A stretch of 64,000 nucleotides of DNA from positions 92,318,001 to 92,382,000 of the forward strand of contig OZ024742.1 in the NCBI GenBank assembly GCA_964016885.1, written 5' to 3'. The position numbers and the translations under genes were made by a program. This DNA comes from Eledone cirrhosa (lineage: Eukaryota). The notes under the pieces are model-generated. The model was not told where the DNA came from, searched no databases, and saw nothing but the letters and a program-made list of their open reading frames with translations. Shown here piece after piece: positions 38,929 to 54,420 of this stretch; the first letter of the stretch is position 1, and every line of letters starts with the position of its first letter.

Positions 38929-39503
38929 ATAACATACATACATACATACATACATACATACATACATACATACATACATACATACATACATACATACGTA
39001 TGTACGTATACATATACATATACATATACGTGTATACATATAGACTGTCATAATGTGCTTGTAGTGAATTTGACAAATATTGTTGTCTCTATTATTTATC
39101 CTTCAGCGGCTTATACCTAAATTCTCATTGGTATTCATTGCAATACATCATGCAAATACTGTGCAATGACGTCAATGAAATGGGGTGTAGTGGATGGAGC
39201 TTTTATGTATATTCTGGTGTGTGACATAAGGTTTACTTACGTGCCTTTTTTAACAGTGCTGACAGAGTCAGCATTTTTTCTAATTCAATTGCATTCTGGA
39301 ATATTACCGTGCTGAGTTATAGAGGTCGCCTGTTGTATATATGTGTAGCACACTTATACAAATCCGCGTGGGTGTGAGTGAGTGTGTGTACGTGCGTGTG
39401 TTCATGTAAAAACAATAATATATGTATATATATATAAATATATATATATATTATCTATCTATCTATGTGTATATATATATATATATACACAGACATATAC
39501 ATA

Positions 39504-39549
<46 letters not shown>

Positions 39550-39597
39550 GATGGATACATAGGTATATTTATGTACATCTATTTTAAATATTTAGAT

Positions 39598-39650
<53 letters not shown>

Positions 39651-39761
39651 ATTTAGAGTTTACACTCAATGGGGTCATTTACAATTATTTTAGCACTAAG
39701 AATCACTTCTGAGCAGTATAAATTAATATATGATACACACTTACGTGTGTATCATATATTA

Positions 39762-39861
<100 letters not shown>

Positions 39862-39916
39862 TTACGGTAAATATTGATGCAATTCAATTCAAGCATTCTA
39901 CGAACTTTTTCCACAT

Positions 39917-40036
<120 letters not shown>

Positions 40037-40084
40037 CTTCAAAATATTAATAAATATAGACATTTATGTGATCAAATATATTTT

Positions 40085-40140
40085 ATTATACATATTTCAG
40101 AGGTACTGAGCTATTTGAACAGTACGTCCTCATCAGATAT
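40085..40140 (-). ncRNA. Hammerhead-like motif
   Basis: Minus strand CTGATGA-GGAC-GTACTG-ttcaaatagct-CAGTAC-CTCT-GAAA-TATGTA-TA. Weak stem I. Confidence 0.45.
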
Positions 40141-40285
40141 TTATTTATTAATATTTTGATGTAATATTAATAACTCCAGAAAACCTCACTGTTGAGTGCT
40201 TCTAATCTATTGTAAAACTTTATTCATTGATTAATTCATTGAACCTTGGTAAACTTTTAATTATATATATATATTATATTTAATT

Positions 40286-40322
<37 letters not shown>

Positions 40323-40791
40323 CACATACATGTATAACGTTATATTTGCATAAATAGATTGTGTAACCGAGACTGTACAAAGGGAAGCCAATTAAATCGA
40401 CCCAATAATTGACTGATAGTACATTTTCTCGACCCCGGAAAGATGATAGGGAGACCTGAGCAAGACTTGAACTGGAGGATCTATTAAGTGAAGTTATGCA
40501 TCACAATATTTCCTTTATTAGAAGCTATTTTTTCGATATATTATATTTACGGTATTATAATAACGTATATATATATATGTTGTTGGATTTGTAAATCCAT
40601 ATAATTACGTCCGTCTTGCATTGGAAATTAAATTAGTTTTCGCTTTAGTTTTTTAAAGTTTTCAACGAATCTGACATCAAGTCGGAAAGAAGCAATCAGT
40701 TGGAAAGTGTAAGGTCATGTATGTGTATATTCGACTATCGCTGTACATCAGTTAGTCGAATACTCACGTATATATATATATATATATATAT

Positions 40792-40981
40792 AACGAAGGA
40801 AATGTGGTAAGGAACCAGGTGGACCATAACGCACCAAAGTACTCAATACTTAGGGTAGTAGAGTGGGTAATAGGAACGAGTAGGACCCCGACGGCTGAGC
40901 TCAAGCCGTTTCGACGGCTAATTCTGGTCCAGAATTAGCCGTCAAAACGGATTGAGCTCAGCCGTCGGGGTCCTACTCGTT

Positions 40982-40984
<3 letters not shown>
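40792..40984 (-). mobile_element. Palindromic family P, copy B
   Basis: Tail plus near-perfect palindrome TAGGAACGAGTAGGACCCC...CTAATTCTGG-T-CCAGAATTAG...GGGGTCCTACTCGTTCCTA, within (TA)n. Confidence 0.8.
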
Positions 40985-41014
<30 letters not shown>

Positions 41015-41016
<2 letters not shown>

Positions 41017-41210
41017 TTCGCCCACTTATTCTTGAAAGGGTCATGGGAGCAGAGTCCTCAAACACTCCTTCCAGAGGGTCATGTCAGAAGCAACCGTCTC
41101 CAACTGATTGGATCCCCATGTGAGACCAGCCAAGCCCAGGAATGTTATCCAACCATCTTGCTCGGGGTCTACTTCTTTGTCACCTGCCGGTTGGTTTTTC
41201 AGGTAAAATA
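41015..41210 (-). mobile_element. 3' end of an RTE/RTE-X-like LINE
   Basis: Translation ...LETVASDMTLWKECLRTLLP* followed by a very short 3' UTR abutting (TA)n. Confidence 0.5.
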
Positions 41211-41714
41211 TGTACAGCGATTCTCTAGAGAACGGGTCGCAGGTAGCGGATAGCGATAGTGCCACCAGACATGATGGTTAGTTGCGATATAAGTGGGCAG
41301 CTGATGGACGAATAAGCGACACCGGACTAACAGCGGTAAACTACTAGAGGAGATGGAGCAATGGATGACATCTCTAGCTCCCAAGAAAACTCTCACAACC
41401 CAGTGACGTAGCTATGACGAGGTGAGTAAAGGACGCCTCTAAAAAAGCCTAGTCTTTGTGGGTTTTACAAAGCACCAGATTGGTGACTGGTATGAATAAT
41501 ACCACCGAAATTGCAACTGCAATATTGTTTGAGGAACAAAAAAAAAACAATATTGCATCGTCCTTCACGCGAGTTAACAAGGAACTCGTTCGGGTCTTAG
41601 GTAGTGGGGCCTGTCGAAAAATATATTGCAATCTCCTGCGACCTGTCCTGGCAGGCGTGGGATGGACGCACAAAAATTGTGTATCCTGAGATCTCTGGAG
41701 GGGAGCAAGATTTT

Positions 41715-41900
41715 CTGACATTTTTCCAGAATCATACGGTTAATGTGGAGTTGGTCTTTGTACCCATAAGACCCACAACGACAACCTTTCTGCTTAATAG
41801 GGAATAGATTATTTTCATCTATAAATTTGTATATTGTCTCAGTCAAGATTGAAGTGAGAATTTTGTCTGATGTGGGAAGGCAAATGATGATAGGACGATA
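41715..41900 (-). mobile_element. R4/Dong-type RT fragment
   Basis: LTETIYKFIDENNLFPIKQKGCRCGSYGYKDQLHINRMILEKCQK, homologous to 35250-35390. Confidence 0.8.
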
Positions 41901-42269
41901 ATTATTTTAGAATAGTTTTTCTGTCAATTTTGGCAAGAAATATGTTATACCTTGTGCAAACCAAACATTTATTTAGTGACCTTTCTCCTTTTCTTCTCAC
42001 CTCTTTCCTTCTTCCTATCCACTGCCAACAGATATCATTAGAAAAGCCCCCCCCCCCACCACCACCACCACAACACTCAACCAACCCCTGATAAACACAT
42101 ATCAATAACCATGCCTGATATTCCTGATGATTTCATACGAATGAAACAGTTCTAGTACTGTAGAAGTCATCTCTATATATGATAAAATGATCTATACTTT
42201 ACCAACGTATTGAGTAACTTCTTTCACTGTGGTTAACCCCAACACCACCACCATAATAATAGTAATAAT

Positions 42270-42456
42270 AATTGTTTCTACTTTTGGCACAAGGCCAGCA
42301 ATTACCCAGTACATTACTGGTACTTTATTTTATCGACCGCGTAAGGATGAAAGGCAAAGTTAACCTCGGCGGGATTTGAACTCAGACCATAAAGGGCCGT
42401 AACTCATTGCTGCAAAGCATGGCGTCCAACCCTCTACCGATACTGCCAATCCACCG
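42270..42456 (-). mobile_element. SINE family B, young subfamily, between AAT repeats
   Basis: Complete copy with ATAATAAT on both sides. Confidence 0.85.
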
Positions 42457-42804
42457 ATAATAATGGGTAGGAAGGAGGGGGAGAGAAAGGAGTACGAATG
42501 AGAGGGAGAGAGAGGGGAAGAGAGAGAGGGGAAGAGAGAGGGGGAGAGAGAGAATTATGGAAGAAAGAAAGAGAGAGGTACAAAATGCGCAGGCATTGAA
42601 ACATACAATATATGTATTTTTATGTGTGTATGCTACTGGGTGCAGCTGGACTATTGATTTCTAATAACCAATAGCAGCAATGCTAGGGGTATTGGATTTT
42701 ACATAAGGATTTTGCTTGTCATACTTACTTGTATGTGTATATCTTTGTGTAATGTGAACGTTCTGGGTGTGTGAGTGGGTGTGTGTCTGTGTGTGTATGT
42801 GTAT

Positions 42805-42872
<68 letters not shown>

Positions 42873-42922
42873 ACCTATTTCTAAAATTTAATTTCCCAAA
42901 GCTTTTTCAGTCAACCGTCGTT

Positions 42923-43297
<375 letters not shown>

Positions 43298-43303
43298 ATA
43301 TAT

Positions 43304-43497
43304 ATAGCTTAGAATGGAGTGAGAATAAGAAGAAAGCAAGAACGGGGTGGGGAGGAGTTTTCCTCATCAGTTATCTACTGGGGTCTCGGATATTTCCACG
43401 CCGGAAATATCCGAGACCCCCAGTAGATAACTGATGAGGAAAACTCCCGCCCCACCCCGTTCTTGCTTTCTTCTTATTCTCACTCCATTTTAAGCTA
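43304..43497. repeat. Fold-back palindrome (about 90-bp arms, loop ACGCC) with hammerhead-like halves
   Basis: TAGCTTAGAATGGAGTGAG...GGGGTCTCGGATATTTCC-acgcc-GGAAATATCCGAGACCCC...CTCACTCCATTTTAAGCTA. The centre abuts GAAA-TA-TC, and a CTGATGA lies in the arm. Confidence 0.85.
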
Positions 43498-43522
43498 CTA
43501 GCAACTACACACCCAATCTTAT

Positions 43523-43613
<91 letters not shown>

Positions 43614-43721
43614 GTTATTCCGGGTTGAATCGGAGGTAACCACAGTAAGTAAGGTACTCAATACATAGCAGAGTATAACAGTTTTAATATAGATGAGATT
43701 CTACAGGACTAGAACTGTTTC

Positions 43722-43764
<43 letters not shown>

Positions 43765-43818
43765 AGGATGAATATAAAATGAAAGTGCTTTTGTTAAAAA
43801 AGGAATTTATTAGGTATT

Positions 43819-43930
43819 GACATATGTTTCTGTAACAGACCGAATACCTATGTATCGCTGCTTGCGTAATCATATAATGTTAGCAAGTATTCGATAGCAA
43901 ATGTATAATCAGTTGTCACTTCTTCAGAGA
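43819..43930 (-). ncRNA. Hammerhead-like motif with long stem II insert
   Basis: Minus strand CTGAAGA-AGTGACA...TGTTACA-GAAA-CATATG-TC (palindromic loop III, GUC site). Stem I is degenerate. Confidence 0.4.
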
Positions 43931-44173
43931 TTTTGGATAAACTGGATAAAATCAGAAAAATTGAAGTATTTATATTAGTAAAAGAGGAAGGAACAGAGGG
44001 GATAGAATATGACAGATGTTAAAATAATTTACTGCTAAACAAGTATATAATGGGTTTTTAATGAGAATACCATGAGTAAATCTAAATAAGAATTTTGGGA
44101 GTGCCAATTTTAATCTCTACTTGACCAACTGGACAGTGGACAGGGCTGGTCATTTGGTGCAGTAGTATATATA

Positions 44174-44221
<48 letters not shown>

Positions 44222-44227
<6 letters not shown>

Positions 44228-44464
44228 TAGGGTGTGGTAAAAACTAGGAAGACCATATATATATATAGGAATGAGTAGGACCCCGACGGCTGAGCTCAAG
44301 CCGTTTCGATGGCTAATTCTGGACGGCTAATGAGTCCAGAATTAGCCGTTGAAACGGCTTGAGCTCAGCCGTCGGGGTCCTACTCGTTCCTATTACCCAC
44401 TCTACTACCCTAAGTATTGAGTACTTTGGTGCGTTATGGTCTTCCTAGTTTTTACCACACCCTA

Positions 44465-44470
<6 letters not shown>
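44222..44470 (+). mobile_element. Palindromic family P, copy D (double nested inverted repeats)
   Basis: Outer IR ATCAGATAGGGTGTGGTAAAAACTAGGAAGACCAT / ATGGTCTTCCTAGTTTTTACCACACCCTATCTGAT, with inner palindrome at 44266-44392. Confidence 0.8.
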
Positions 44471-44547
<77 letters not shown>

Positions 44548-44550
<3 letters not shown>

Positions 44551-44673
44551 CATAATCTGTTATAATCCAACACTTGGTTTTTTTATCACAGTTAATTGAA
44601 TTATTAAACGTTTAAGTATACATTTGTGATCCGGTATATATATATATATACATTGAATTATACATTTGTGAAA

Positions 44674-44744
<71 letters not shown>

Positions 44745-44829
44745 CCCACTCGCAAATGTATACTTCAATGTTTAATAATTCAATTAACTGTGATAAAAAG
44801 CCAAGTGTTGATTTGTAACAGTTTATGTT
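44548..44829. repeat. Diverged inverted repeat (about 80-bp arms) around TA tracts
   Basis: AACATAATCTGTTATAATCCAACACTTGG...TATACATTTG versus CAAATGTATAC...CCAAGTGTTGATTTGTAACAGTTTATGTT. Confidence 0.8.
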
Positions 44830-45132
44830 GCCAACATTGTATTGCACTCTAAAATATACATCCTATGCGCTCTTTCAGCTATTTTCCTATATAGTTAGGG
44901 TACATGAAGTAGCTGGGTATATCTATAATTGAGTTGTGCATATGCAGGAAAATTGATCGATATTGAAATAGCAAACTGTAGTTTAATGCTTATTCTCACA
45001 CACATACTCGCAAACACTTCGACATATATAGATTTGTATATATATATATATATATATATATATTCTAAGAGCGTGAAATTATACGACTCTATGATAATGC
45101 ATCCTCTTGTTTGTTCGTGTTTTGATTCCTTG

Positions 45133-45178
<46 letters not shown>

Positions 45179-45182
<4 letters not shown>

Positions 45183-45362
45183 AAGCTTCAGGACCCCGAC
45201 GGCTGAACTGCGCCGTTTCGACAGCTAGATTGAACTACCGAAACGGCGGGAGCTCAGCCTTTGGGGTCCTGAAGCTTTTCATATTACCCACTCTACTACC
45301 CCAAGTATCGAGTACTCCGGTCGGTTATAGTCTACCTGGTTTTTACCACACCCTATCTGATA
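45179..45362 (+). mobile_element. Palindromic family P, copy E
   Basis: GAAAAAGCTTCAGGACCCC...GGGGTCCTGAAGCTTTTC plus the family tail. Confidence 0.75.
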
Positions 45363-45639
45363 TATAAATATATATATATATAAGACGGTTGACTTAAGAA
45401 GCATTGGGAAATGCGTGCGTTCCGACGTCTAAATTACCATAATAATGAAAACTGTCGATCACTATAAATAATAGTTTAAAAAATCAAGTAAATGCACCTA
45501 GGGTCGGTAAACGTGGGCTAAGATTCCTGCACGGAATGGAAACCCGCGTCTTTCGAATGCTGGACGAGTGTGTTAACAACTATGCTAAAGAGCTTCTAGA
45601 CAGCAATTCCTACTATATACTAGTTAACTTACTTCATTT

Positions 45640-46270
45640 TTGCTTCTTTTTTTTAATTTAATTATTACTTCAATTTTTATATATTTTAGTATGTCTTTTT
45701 GTTTTTATTTTCATATTTTAATGCTAATTTTTATTTATTTTAGAATAATTTTGATTAATATTTGATTAAATTATAATAATTTTTAAACAATTTTCAATGG
45801 ATTTACTTTTAACCAATTTCTCTTTTAATTTAATTTAATTTAATTTTTATTATTTATTTATTTATTTAAAATCCATTTTTATAATTTTAAAATCCATTTT
45901 TGTTATTTTTAAATTTATTTTTATCTATTTTATATTTTATTTTATATTTCTTTAAAAATATTTTTGTATTAATTCATAATATATTTGTATGTTTTTATTT
46001 TCTAAATATTTTTATTCAATTTCAAAATAAACTTTTAATCAATGTTTACTTAAACTTTAATTTATTTTATTTTTGTTTCTTGTTTTTTTTTATTAATTTA
46101 ATTTAATTTTCATTAATTTAATTTTAAATATATTTTATTTATATATATTTATATTTGTATAATCTTTTTCAATCAATTTTTTATTAATCTTTAATCAAAT
46201 TTTAATAGATATTTAATCAACGTTTAATTAATGTTTGTTTTATCATTAATACTAAGACTAAGAAAGTAAT
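45640..46270. other. Extremely AT-rich, T-skewed low-complexity tract
   Basis: Almost no G/C over about 600 bp. Confidence 0.8.
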
Positions 46271-46644
46271 TCATTAATAAACAAGTAAAATCGTAAACTA
46301 AGAGTACAAAGACATTATATTATACTACGAAGCATAAAAAGAGGTATCAAAGCTTCGAAAACGTTGTACTATCTCAAGAGAATGACTATATATTATAGTG
46401 AGATATGTAAATGTCAATGAGAATGAAGAAACAAAAGACACACATCCGTATAACGTTTATTTTACCGAAAATCAGTGTGAAATATAAGCACCATGTAACC
46501 TACCCTTTTCTATTCAGATATACATTTGTAAGGACTACAGTTAGCAGCGCGAAATATAGCGAGAAGGAGTTAAAAAGAGAAGAGGAAAAGTTTATTTCCG
46601 TGGAAAAGAGGAAAAACAGGAAACGAAGAGAGAGAGGAACTAAA

Positions 46645-47365
<721 letters not shown>

Positions 47366-47750
47366 TATATATATATATGGGGGGGGGGGAGTGTGTGCGT
47401 GTGATGTGTATGTGTTTATTTATATGCATGCATACATGCATTTAGAACCAGAGGACTAAACAATATCAGTTTCAGTTAAGGAGGACAGAGAGACAAGAAA
47501 TTAATGTTTAAAATACGTGTGCTCTAAAGATGCTGGGCGTGAATTTCTTATTATTTTTATTTCGTTATAAGGGTGGTGAATTGGGAAAGGTACTAGGGCG
47601 TCGGTCGAATTGCTTCATAGTGTTTCTTATGGTTCATTACGTACTGAGTTCAAATCTGTCTGAGGTCAACATTTCCAGGGTTGATAAATACACCCAGACC
47701 CTCAAATCGCTTGCATTGCGTCTACATTAAAAACCATTAGCAACACCAAC

Positions 47751-47932
<182 letters not shown>

Positions 47933-48494
47933 TAGTAGTATATAACACTATATTTACTGACTGAATAAGTAGTATTCAGTTTCTTCACCAAACTTTAACA
48001 AAACTGATCACTGCTATGAAGGAAAGTAGTTTAGAACCTTTGTTCTGGCTCCTGCGCTTTTTTTTTGGGGGGGGGGAGCTTTTATTGTGCTGCATGACTT
48101 CTAAATAAAATTTTAGGACGTTTTTCACAGATTCTAACATTCGTCAGACAGACAAAAGGATGCAAAATTATTATAATATAGTTTATTTATATTTTTTGCT
48201 ACTGACTACAGAGAAAATATATCACAAGAGAGTTTGGTACCTTGGTTGGGAATCATACATCAGAAGATACTAAATGCATGAATGTTCCAGTAAAGAGATC
48301 CGCACCGTACGAGATAATTAGGGGAAAGTAAGAGATAAATTACTACAAGTAAAGCGAAATAAAAGCAAGATGTAGGAAACAAGATGTAGGAAACAAGATG
48401 TAGGAAAGCGGCAGAAGAATTAGGACGAAGACAAACAAGAATTCCGCATACACGGATCCTATTATAATAATTAGTGCTGTTAATGAGCTGGAGA

Positions 48495-48572
<78 letters not shown>

Positions 48573-48651
48573 TTATATATATATATATATATATATATAA
48601 ATTTATATATATATATTTATATGTATGTATATAAATCTAAATGTGTATACA

Positions 48652-48728
<77 letters not shown>

Positions 48729-48737
48729 ATATATATG

Positions 48738-48768
<31 letters not shown>

Positions 48769-48862
48769 GTATATATATACATATATATATTTTTGTGCGT
48801 GTGTGTGCGTATACACACATTTATGTCCATATACTTATATATACACACACATAATATACATA

Positions 48863-48916
<54 letters not shown>

Positions 48917-49041
48917 TGTATATACATATAGATTTATATACATACATATATATATATACATATATACATATAAATGTATATACATATATATATATACATA
49001 TAAATGTATATACATATATATATATACATATAAATTTATAT

Positions 49042-49078
<37 letters not shown>

Positions 49079-49312
49079 AATTTATATATATATATATACA
49101 CACACACGCACACACACAGATATATATATATATATATATATACAAGATTTGAAAATGATGTCACGTGGCGGTGATGCTAAAGTAAAGGAAGTGGAAACTG
49201 AACAAGTGTTAAAGGCATCAAAGAAAGAGAAAATGACAGAATGATTGAGGATAAAATCATTTTGTAATTTATAAAGCAGTTTTGAGGAAGTGTTGTTGTT
49301 GTTGTTGTGTGC

Positions 49313-49347
<35 letters not shown>

Positions 49348-49624
49348 AGTTGCCTTTTTTGCCTTCTTTTTCATTCTTTCCTTCCACCGGAAGTCTGAAA
49401 CTACAAATTTGTCTTGATAATGATAAATCATCAAAACCAGTGTCATCCTAATAATAATAATAATTGTTATCATTTCTTTAATATTATCACTGGGGCCCCT
49501 TTACACATAGAATAATAAAAATGCGCATAGGGGTTACAATATGAGTGGGGATAGACAGAAGAAACTTATATAGAAAATGAGGGACAAGAGTAAAAGCATT
49601 ATAAAACACACACACACAGACGCG

Positions 49625-49692
<68 letters not shown>

Positions 49693-49694
<2 letters not shown>

Positions 49695-50055
49695 ATTTCC
49701 CGGCGTCAAAGACGCTACTTTTTTTTCTTAAATAAGTCTTTAAAAAATCTACCATGCGTCCTGGCGGCTGAATGTTGTTTATTATTTTTTTTCAAATTGG
49801 CAGTATCGGTAGAGAGTCGGACACCATGCTTTGAAGCATAGAGTTACGTCCCTTTATGATCTGAGTTCAAATCCCGCCGAGGTTAACTTTGCCTTTCATC
49901 CTTACGGGGTCGATAAAATAAAGTACCAGTAATGTACTGGATAATTGCTGGCCTTGTACCTAAAATAGAAATAATTATTTTCTTTCAAATTTTTGGCTGT
50001 CAAAATTAGGGTGCGTCCTCGAGGACGAAACGTCTTCGGCTCCGGGAAATACGGT
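49693..50055. mobile_element. pogo/Tigger-like MITE interrupted by a family B SINE (49795-49979, plus strand)
   Basis: TIR-like ends TATTTCCCGGCGTCAAAGACG and CGTCTTCGGCTCCGGGAAATACGG, with a complete SINE inside. Confidence 0.65.
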
Positions 50056-50702
50056 CTATATATTTATATATTCAAAATAGAGTGCGCACAGAGTAAAGAC
50101 TGAAAAGAAACGGAAAAGTGACAGTCCTATTTCCTCAGTCAATCTCTAGAAACCACTACGGTTTCGGTGTCTCAAGGTCGATGATATAAATTCCCGTGCA
50201 TATTGGGACACAACTGGTAGAGACACGATATGCCTTTAGGAAAATTGTATAAATACGGAGTGCGCCAGGACTTAGCCAAACGAGAAAAATATAGAACGGA
50301 GAGAAATAGTAAAATAGAAGCGAATAAGGACTGTAGCCAAACGTGGGGTGAAAGAAGGACAGGGAGACATAGAAAAGATAAGAATGGAGAATAGGGGAAA
50401 ACAGGCCAAGTGGTGTGATGTCTATTATATACTATATATAACGTTAAGTTACTATTGGCTCACCAGTTTGAGCACCTGATGCCTAAGTGAGTCTCGTTGC
50501 CGATATGGTATAATACTTTTGTAGTCGGTATCCTTAAGAATCAGATTGCTAATAATAATATGATTAAGGAATCCAAAAATGTGATGAGCCGTAGATTCCT
50601 GATCGGGTGCGAATGAACTGATGGATCGCGAAGTGCACGTCACACGTAAATAAACATAAATGATGCTATATTGATACCTCGTTCCAACACCTTATCATTT
50701 TT

Positions 50703-50855
50703 GCCGCATAGAGTTACGGCCCTTTATGATCTGAGTTCAAATCCCGCCGAGGTTAACTTGCCGTTCATCCTTATGGGGGTCGATAAAATAAAGCACCAGT
50801 AATGCATTGGGATAATTGCTAGCCTTGTGTCAAAAGTAGAAACAATTGTTATTAT
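50703..50855 (+). mobile_element. SINE family B (5'-truncated)
   Basis: GAGTTACGGCCCTTTATGATCTGAGTTCAAATCCCGCCGAGG...CCTTGTGTCAAAAGTAGAAACAATTGTTATTATT. Confidence 0.85.
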
Positions 50856-51546
50856 TATACAGTATATACATATATGTATACATACATAAATACATACATA
50901 CATACATACGTACATACATACATACATACATACATACATACATACATACATACATACATACATACATACATACATACATACATACATAGTTGAATAAGGA
51001 TGTTCCAGTGAACCGTTATTCTGCAGTTCCCCTTTGCAATACAAGTTCCTTCAAGACTATATTTTAACAAACTCTAAACCCAAGAAGTTGTGATATTACC
51101 GCGTAACCGTTTCTGTTCTTACATTTTGAGTGGATGGAACGCATTCAATTGGTAATACATGATCTTTTATTTCTAGGATAAAATTACATAAAAATAACGA
51201 ATTTCATATTTAGTCGAACATAAACAAAAGGAAAATACTATCGCAAAAATCTATAAATGAGTGGAAAAGGGGAAAAGGGCAAGGATTATCAGGCAAAGAA
51301 AGGAAGGGGGTAAGGGGTTAATGTGGTGGACATAATATTATGTGATTTATGATGTGCAGGCATTTTACTGAGGTTACGGTTTCTACAGAGATTTCCAGAT
51401 TCTAAAGTATATTGGTAAAATCTACAAGCACGATAGCATCACCAGCCGGACCTGTTCCAGATGTGCACAGAATAGTGGTTAAACAGTTCCGCATGCATTC
51501 CTTCAATGTCCAAGAAGTGATGGTTTGTGGAGTTATACTACTGCTG

Positions 51547-51606
<60 letters not shown>

Positions 51607-51968
51607 TTACTACTATAACAACAACAACAGTAGCAACAACAAATATGGCAACAACAGTGACAACAGCAGCAACAACAACCAAAACAAGAATATCAACAAC
51701 AATAGTAACAACAACATCACATCTAACGATCTTAAAGTGGGTGAAGACTTAAACTATCTGTAGCTTTATGGGGGAAAACTCAGAAGCTGAATGATCGTTT
51801 CTAAAAAAAAACTTTTCAAAAGCCGTTATTAAACGAAACCGGTCAAGTGCAAAAGTACAAAAAGTACTCGTTTTAATGTAAAAAAAAATGTTTTTCGTTA
51901 TGTACTATACCGTAACATGAATATAAGTTAAAATACACATTAGGTACTTTTTTCGAATCTTTACCATT

Positions 51969-52005
<37 letters not shown>

Positions 52006-52053
52006 TATAGATAGGTAAATATACACGGGTGTGTATGATTGTGTATAGAAGAT

Positions 52054-52440
52054 TATATTAATAAGAGGAATTCCAACTTTGTCTGATTTACTCGTTTTAT
52101 TTACAATCCTTTAAAATATATATAATGGTATTATAATGAAATAGTATGATAGAATATTAAATTCTAAGTGTTAATTGAACAAGTACTTTCATGCTTTCGC
52201 AATCTTCAGGTTCATGATATGTGGTGACAGTCGAGTTTGCAATTTTCCACAGTTGAAAATTGCAAACTCGACTGTCACCACATATCATGAACCTGAAGAT
52301 TGCGAAAGCATGAAAGTACTTGTTCAATTAACACTTAGAATTTAATATTCTATCATACTATTTCATTATAATACCATTATATATATTTTAAAGGATTGTA
52401 AATAAAACGAGTAAATCAGACAAAGTTGGAATTCCTCTTA

Positions 52441-52448
<8 letters not shown>
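52054..52448. repeat. Palindrome with 194-bp arms and 7-nt loop (no mismatch seen by eye)
   Basis: Arms 52054-52247 and 52255-52448, loop CACAGTT. Confidence 0.92.
52288..52326 (+). ncRNA. Minimal type I hammerhead ribozyme (mirror copy at 52176-52214, minus strand)
   Basis: Stem I TGAAC/GTTCA, core CTGAAGA, stem II TGC-GAAA-GCA, GAAA, palindromic loop III GTAC, site UU. Confidence 0.8.
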
Positions 52449-52476
<28 letters not shown>

Positions 52477-52489
52477 TATATATACATAC

Positions 52490-52523
<34 letters not shown>

Positions 52524-52526
52524 GTA

Positions 52527-52633
<107 letters not shown>

Positions 52634-52947
52634 GATGTTCTTTAACATCAAGCGTTTAATTGTCGGTTCAGTGACTGAGCCTATTATTGAGATTATCAAG
52701 TGTTCTGTGTGTAAAGTATCTGTTGGTTTAGCTAATATGTCGGTTGACTGTCGCAATGACGGTTAACCATATGAAAATGTCAGATTAAGTTTTATTAGCA
52801 CCCTATATAACTCAAGCTTCATGAGATACAAACAAAAAAGTGATAAGCATATTATTAGATGTCCCCAAAATAGCAGCTAGAATTAGGTTTTACTAAATTT
52901 AGATATTGACATTGCGTTTTATACCTGTCATTCTTCATATATACACA

Positions 52948-53079
<132 letters not shown>

Positions 53080-53755
53080 TACACACACACACACACAAAT
53101 ATATATATATATATATATATTTAATACAATAACAGAGATGGCTTTAAGCTAAACTCCGACTGGTAACCATCTCACTCAACAAACATTAGGTGATACGTTA
53201 GTATAAACCCAATTTAAGTGTTTGGGGTGCTAACTAATGTATTTTGTGGAAAGCCAGTTGTATTATTTTATATGAGATATAATTAAAGTTAAAATATATC
53301 TCTCTTTCCAAACAATTGTTTCATTATAAGTTTTCTACAAGTTTGGAGAATGTTTCCAGTTTATGTAGAAGCCTAACATATTTTCATGTAAGAAAATATT
53401 TAGGTGGGCACTTATAAATCGTCAGTGGAAGCCCATTAAACTTTGATATAAGATAAAATTCCTTACCACAGTTAATTTTCGTGTCCGCTAAGTTGTTCCT
53501 TCACGCATCGAATGACCGCCAAATTTGAAATTCCAGCAGTCTTTTGACTGAGGAAGTATCATAGCGTCACGAAGCGGAAAAGGGAGACAACCACGATTCA
53601 CGAGAAAAGTAAAATAATATACACGTGGCTTAATTAGTTTTTTCAAAAACATTATCAATCCTGCGTGTTAAGAACTCAATTAAATTTAAAAAAATAAATG
53701 TATGCGTGTATTAATTACACACGCATATAGATATTTTCTTAGGCTAATATATATA

Positions 53756-54420
53756 CTAGCCGAATTACCCGCGCCTTGCTGCGTTTCACACATTTTTTTT
53801 TTGTAAGAAAATGATGAATGATTTTAAATCAGGGATATAATTTATGGAGAAAAACTCTGCATTTCAATATTACTCAATGTAAAATGCAATACATGAAAAA
53901 TTTTTTGTAATATATCAAATCAAAATTACATTATTAAATCTTATTCTTATTTTGTTTCTTGTAAATATTTTTTTTTTAAATATCAATTCAAAACTTGATC
54001 ATTTCATTTTTGTGTAAATCATTATTTTCGAATTAGAAATTAAAGGTTTAGTTATTTATTTTTTAACATAATAAATACATGAAAATATATTTCATACTTT
54101 GTCCCAATGAAGAACTTCAGGGTAAACAACATTTCTTCATTGACTAAAATTAAAATGTAGAGGTTTTTTGAAGTTCCAGTCCTTGAAAGAGCCATATAAA
54201 ACACGCCATGACTGAAACATGGGTTTGTCAGATATATACCAATAGTATAGAAGATGTATATTATTTTGTATATTCAATAGTGCATTTTGTATATTCAATA
54301 GTTCTATTTTAGTATAGCAGATGTATATTATTTTGTATATTCAATAGTTGCATCAAGATAGAAATAAATTTACGAAATTTTAATATTTATGTAAAGTTTA
54401 ACTGTTACGTAGATATTAAA
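53756..54420 (-). mobile_element. Helitron 3' portion with RepHel helicase remnant
   Basis: Minus strand ends in a GC-rich hairpin, then CTAG|T at 53756. 54180-54240 translates GIYLTNPCFSHGVFYMALSR (Pif1-type motif) and about 54110-54140 gives RNVVYPEVL. Confidence 0.75.

Noticed and set aside
45528-45588. tRNA gene on the minus strand
   Set aside because: A- and B-box-like motifs are present, but the cloverleaf is degenerate; more likely a SINE head or tRNA pseudogene.
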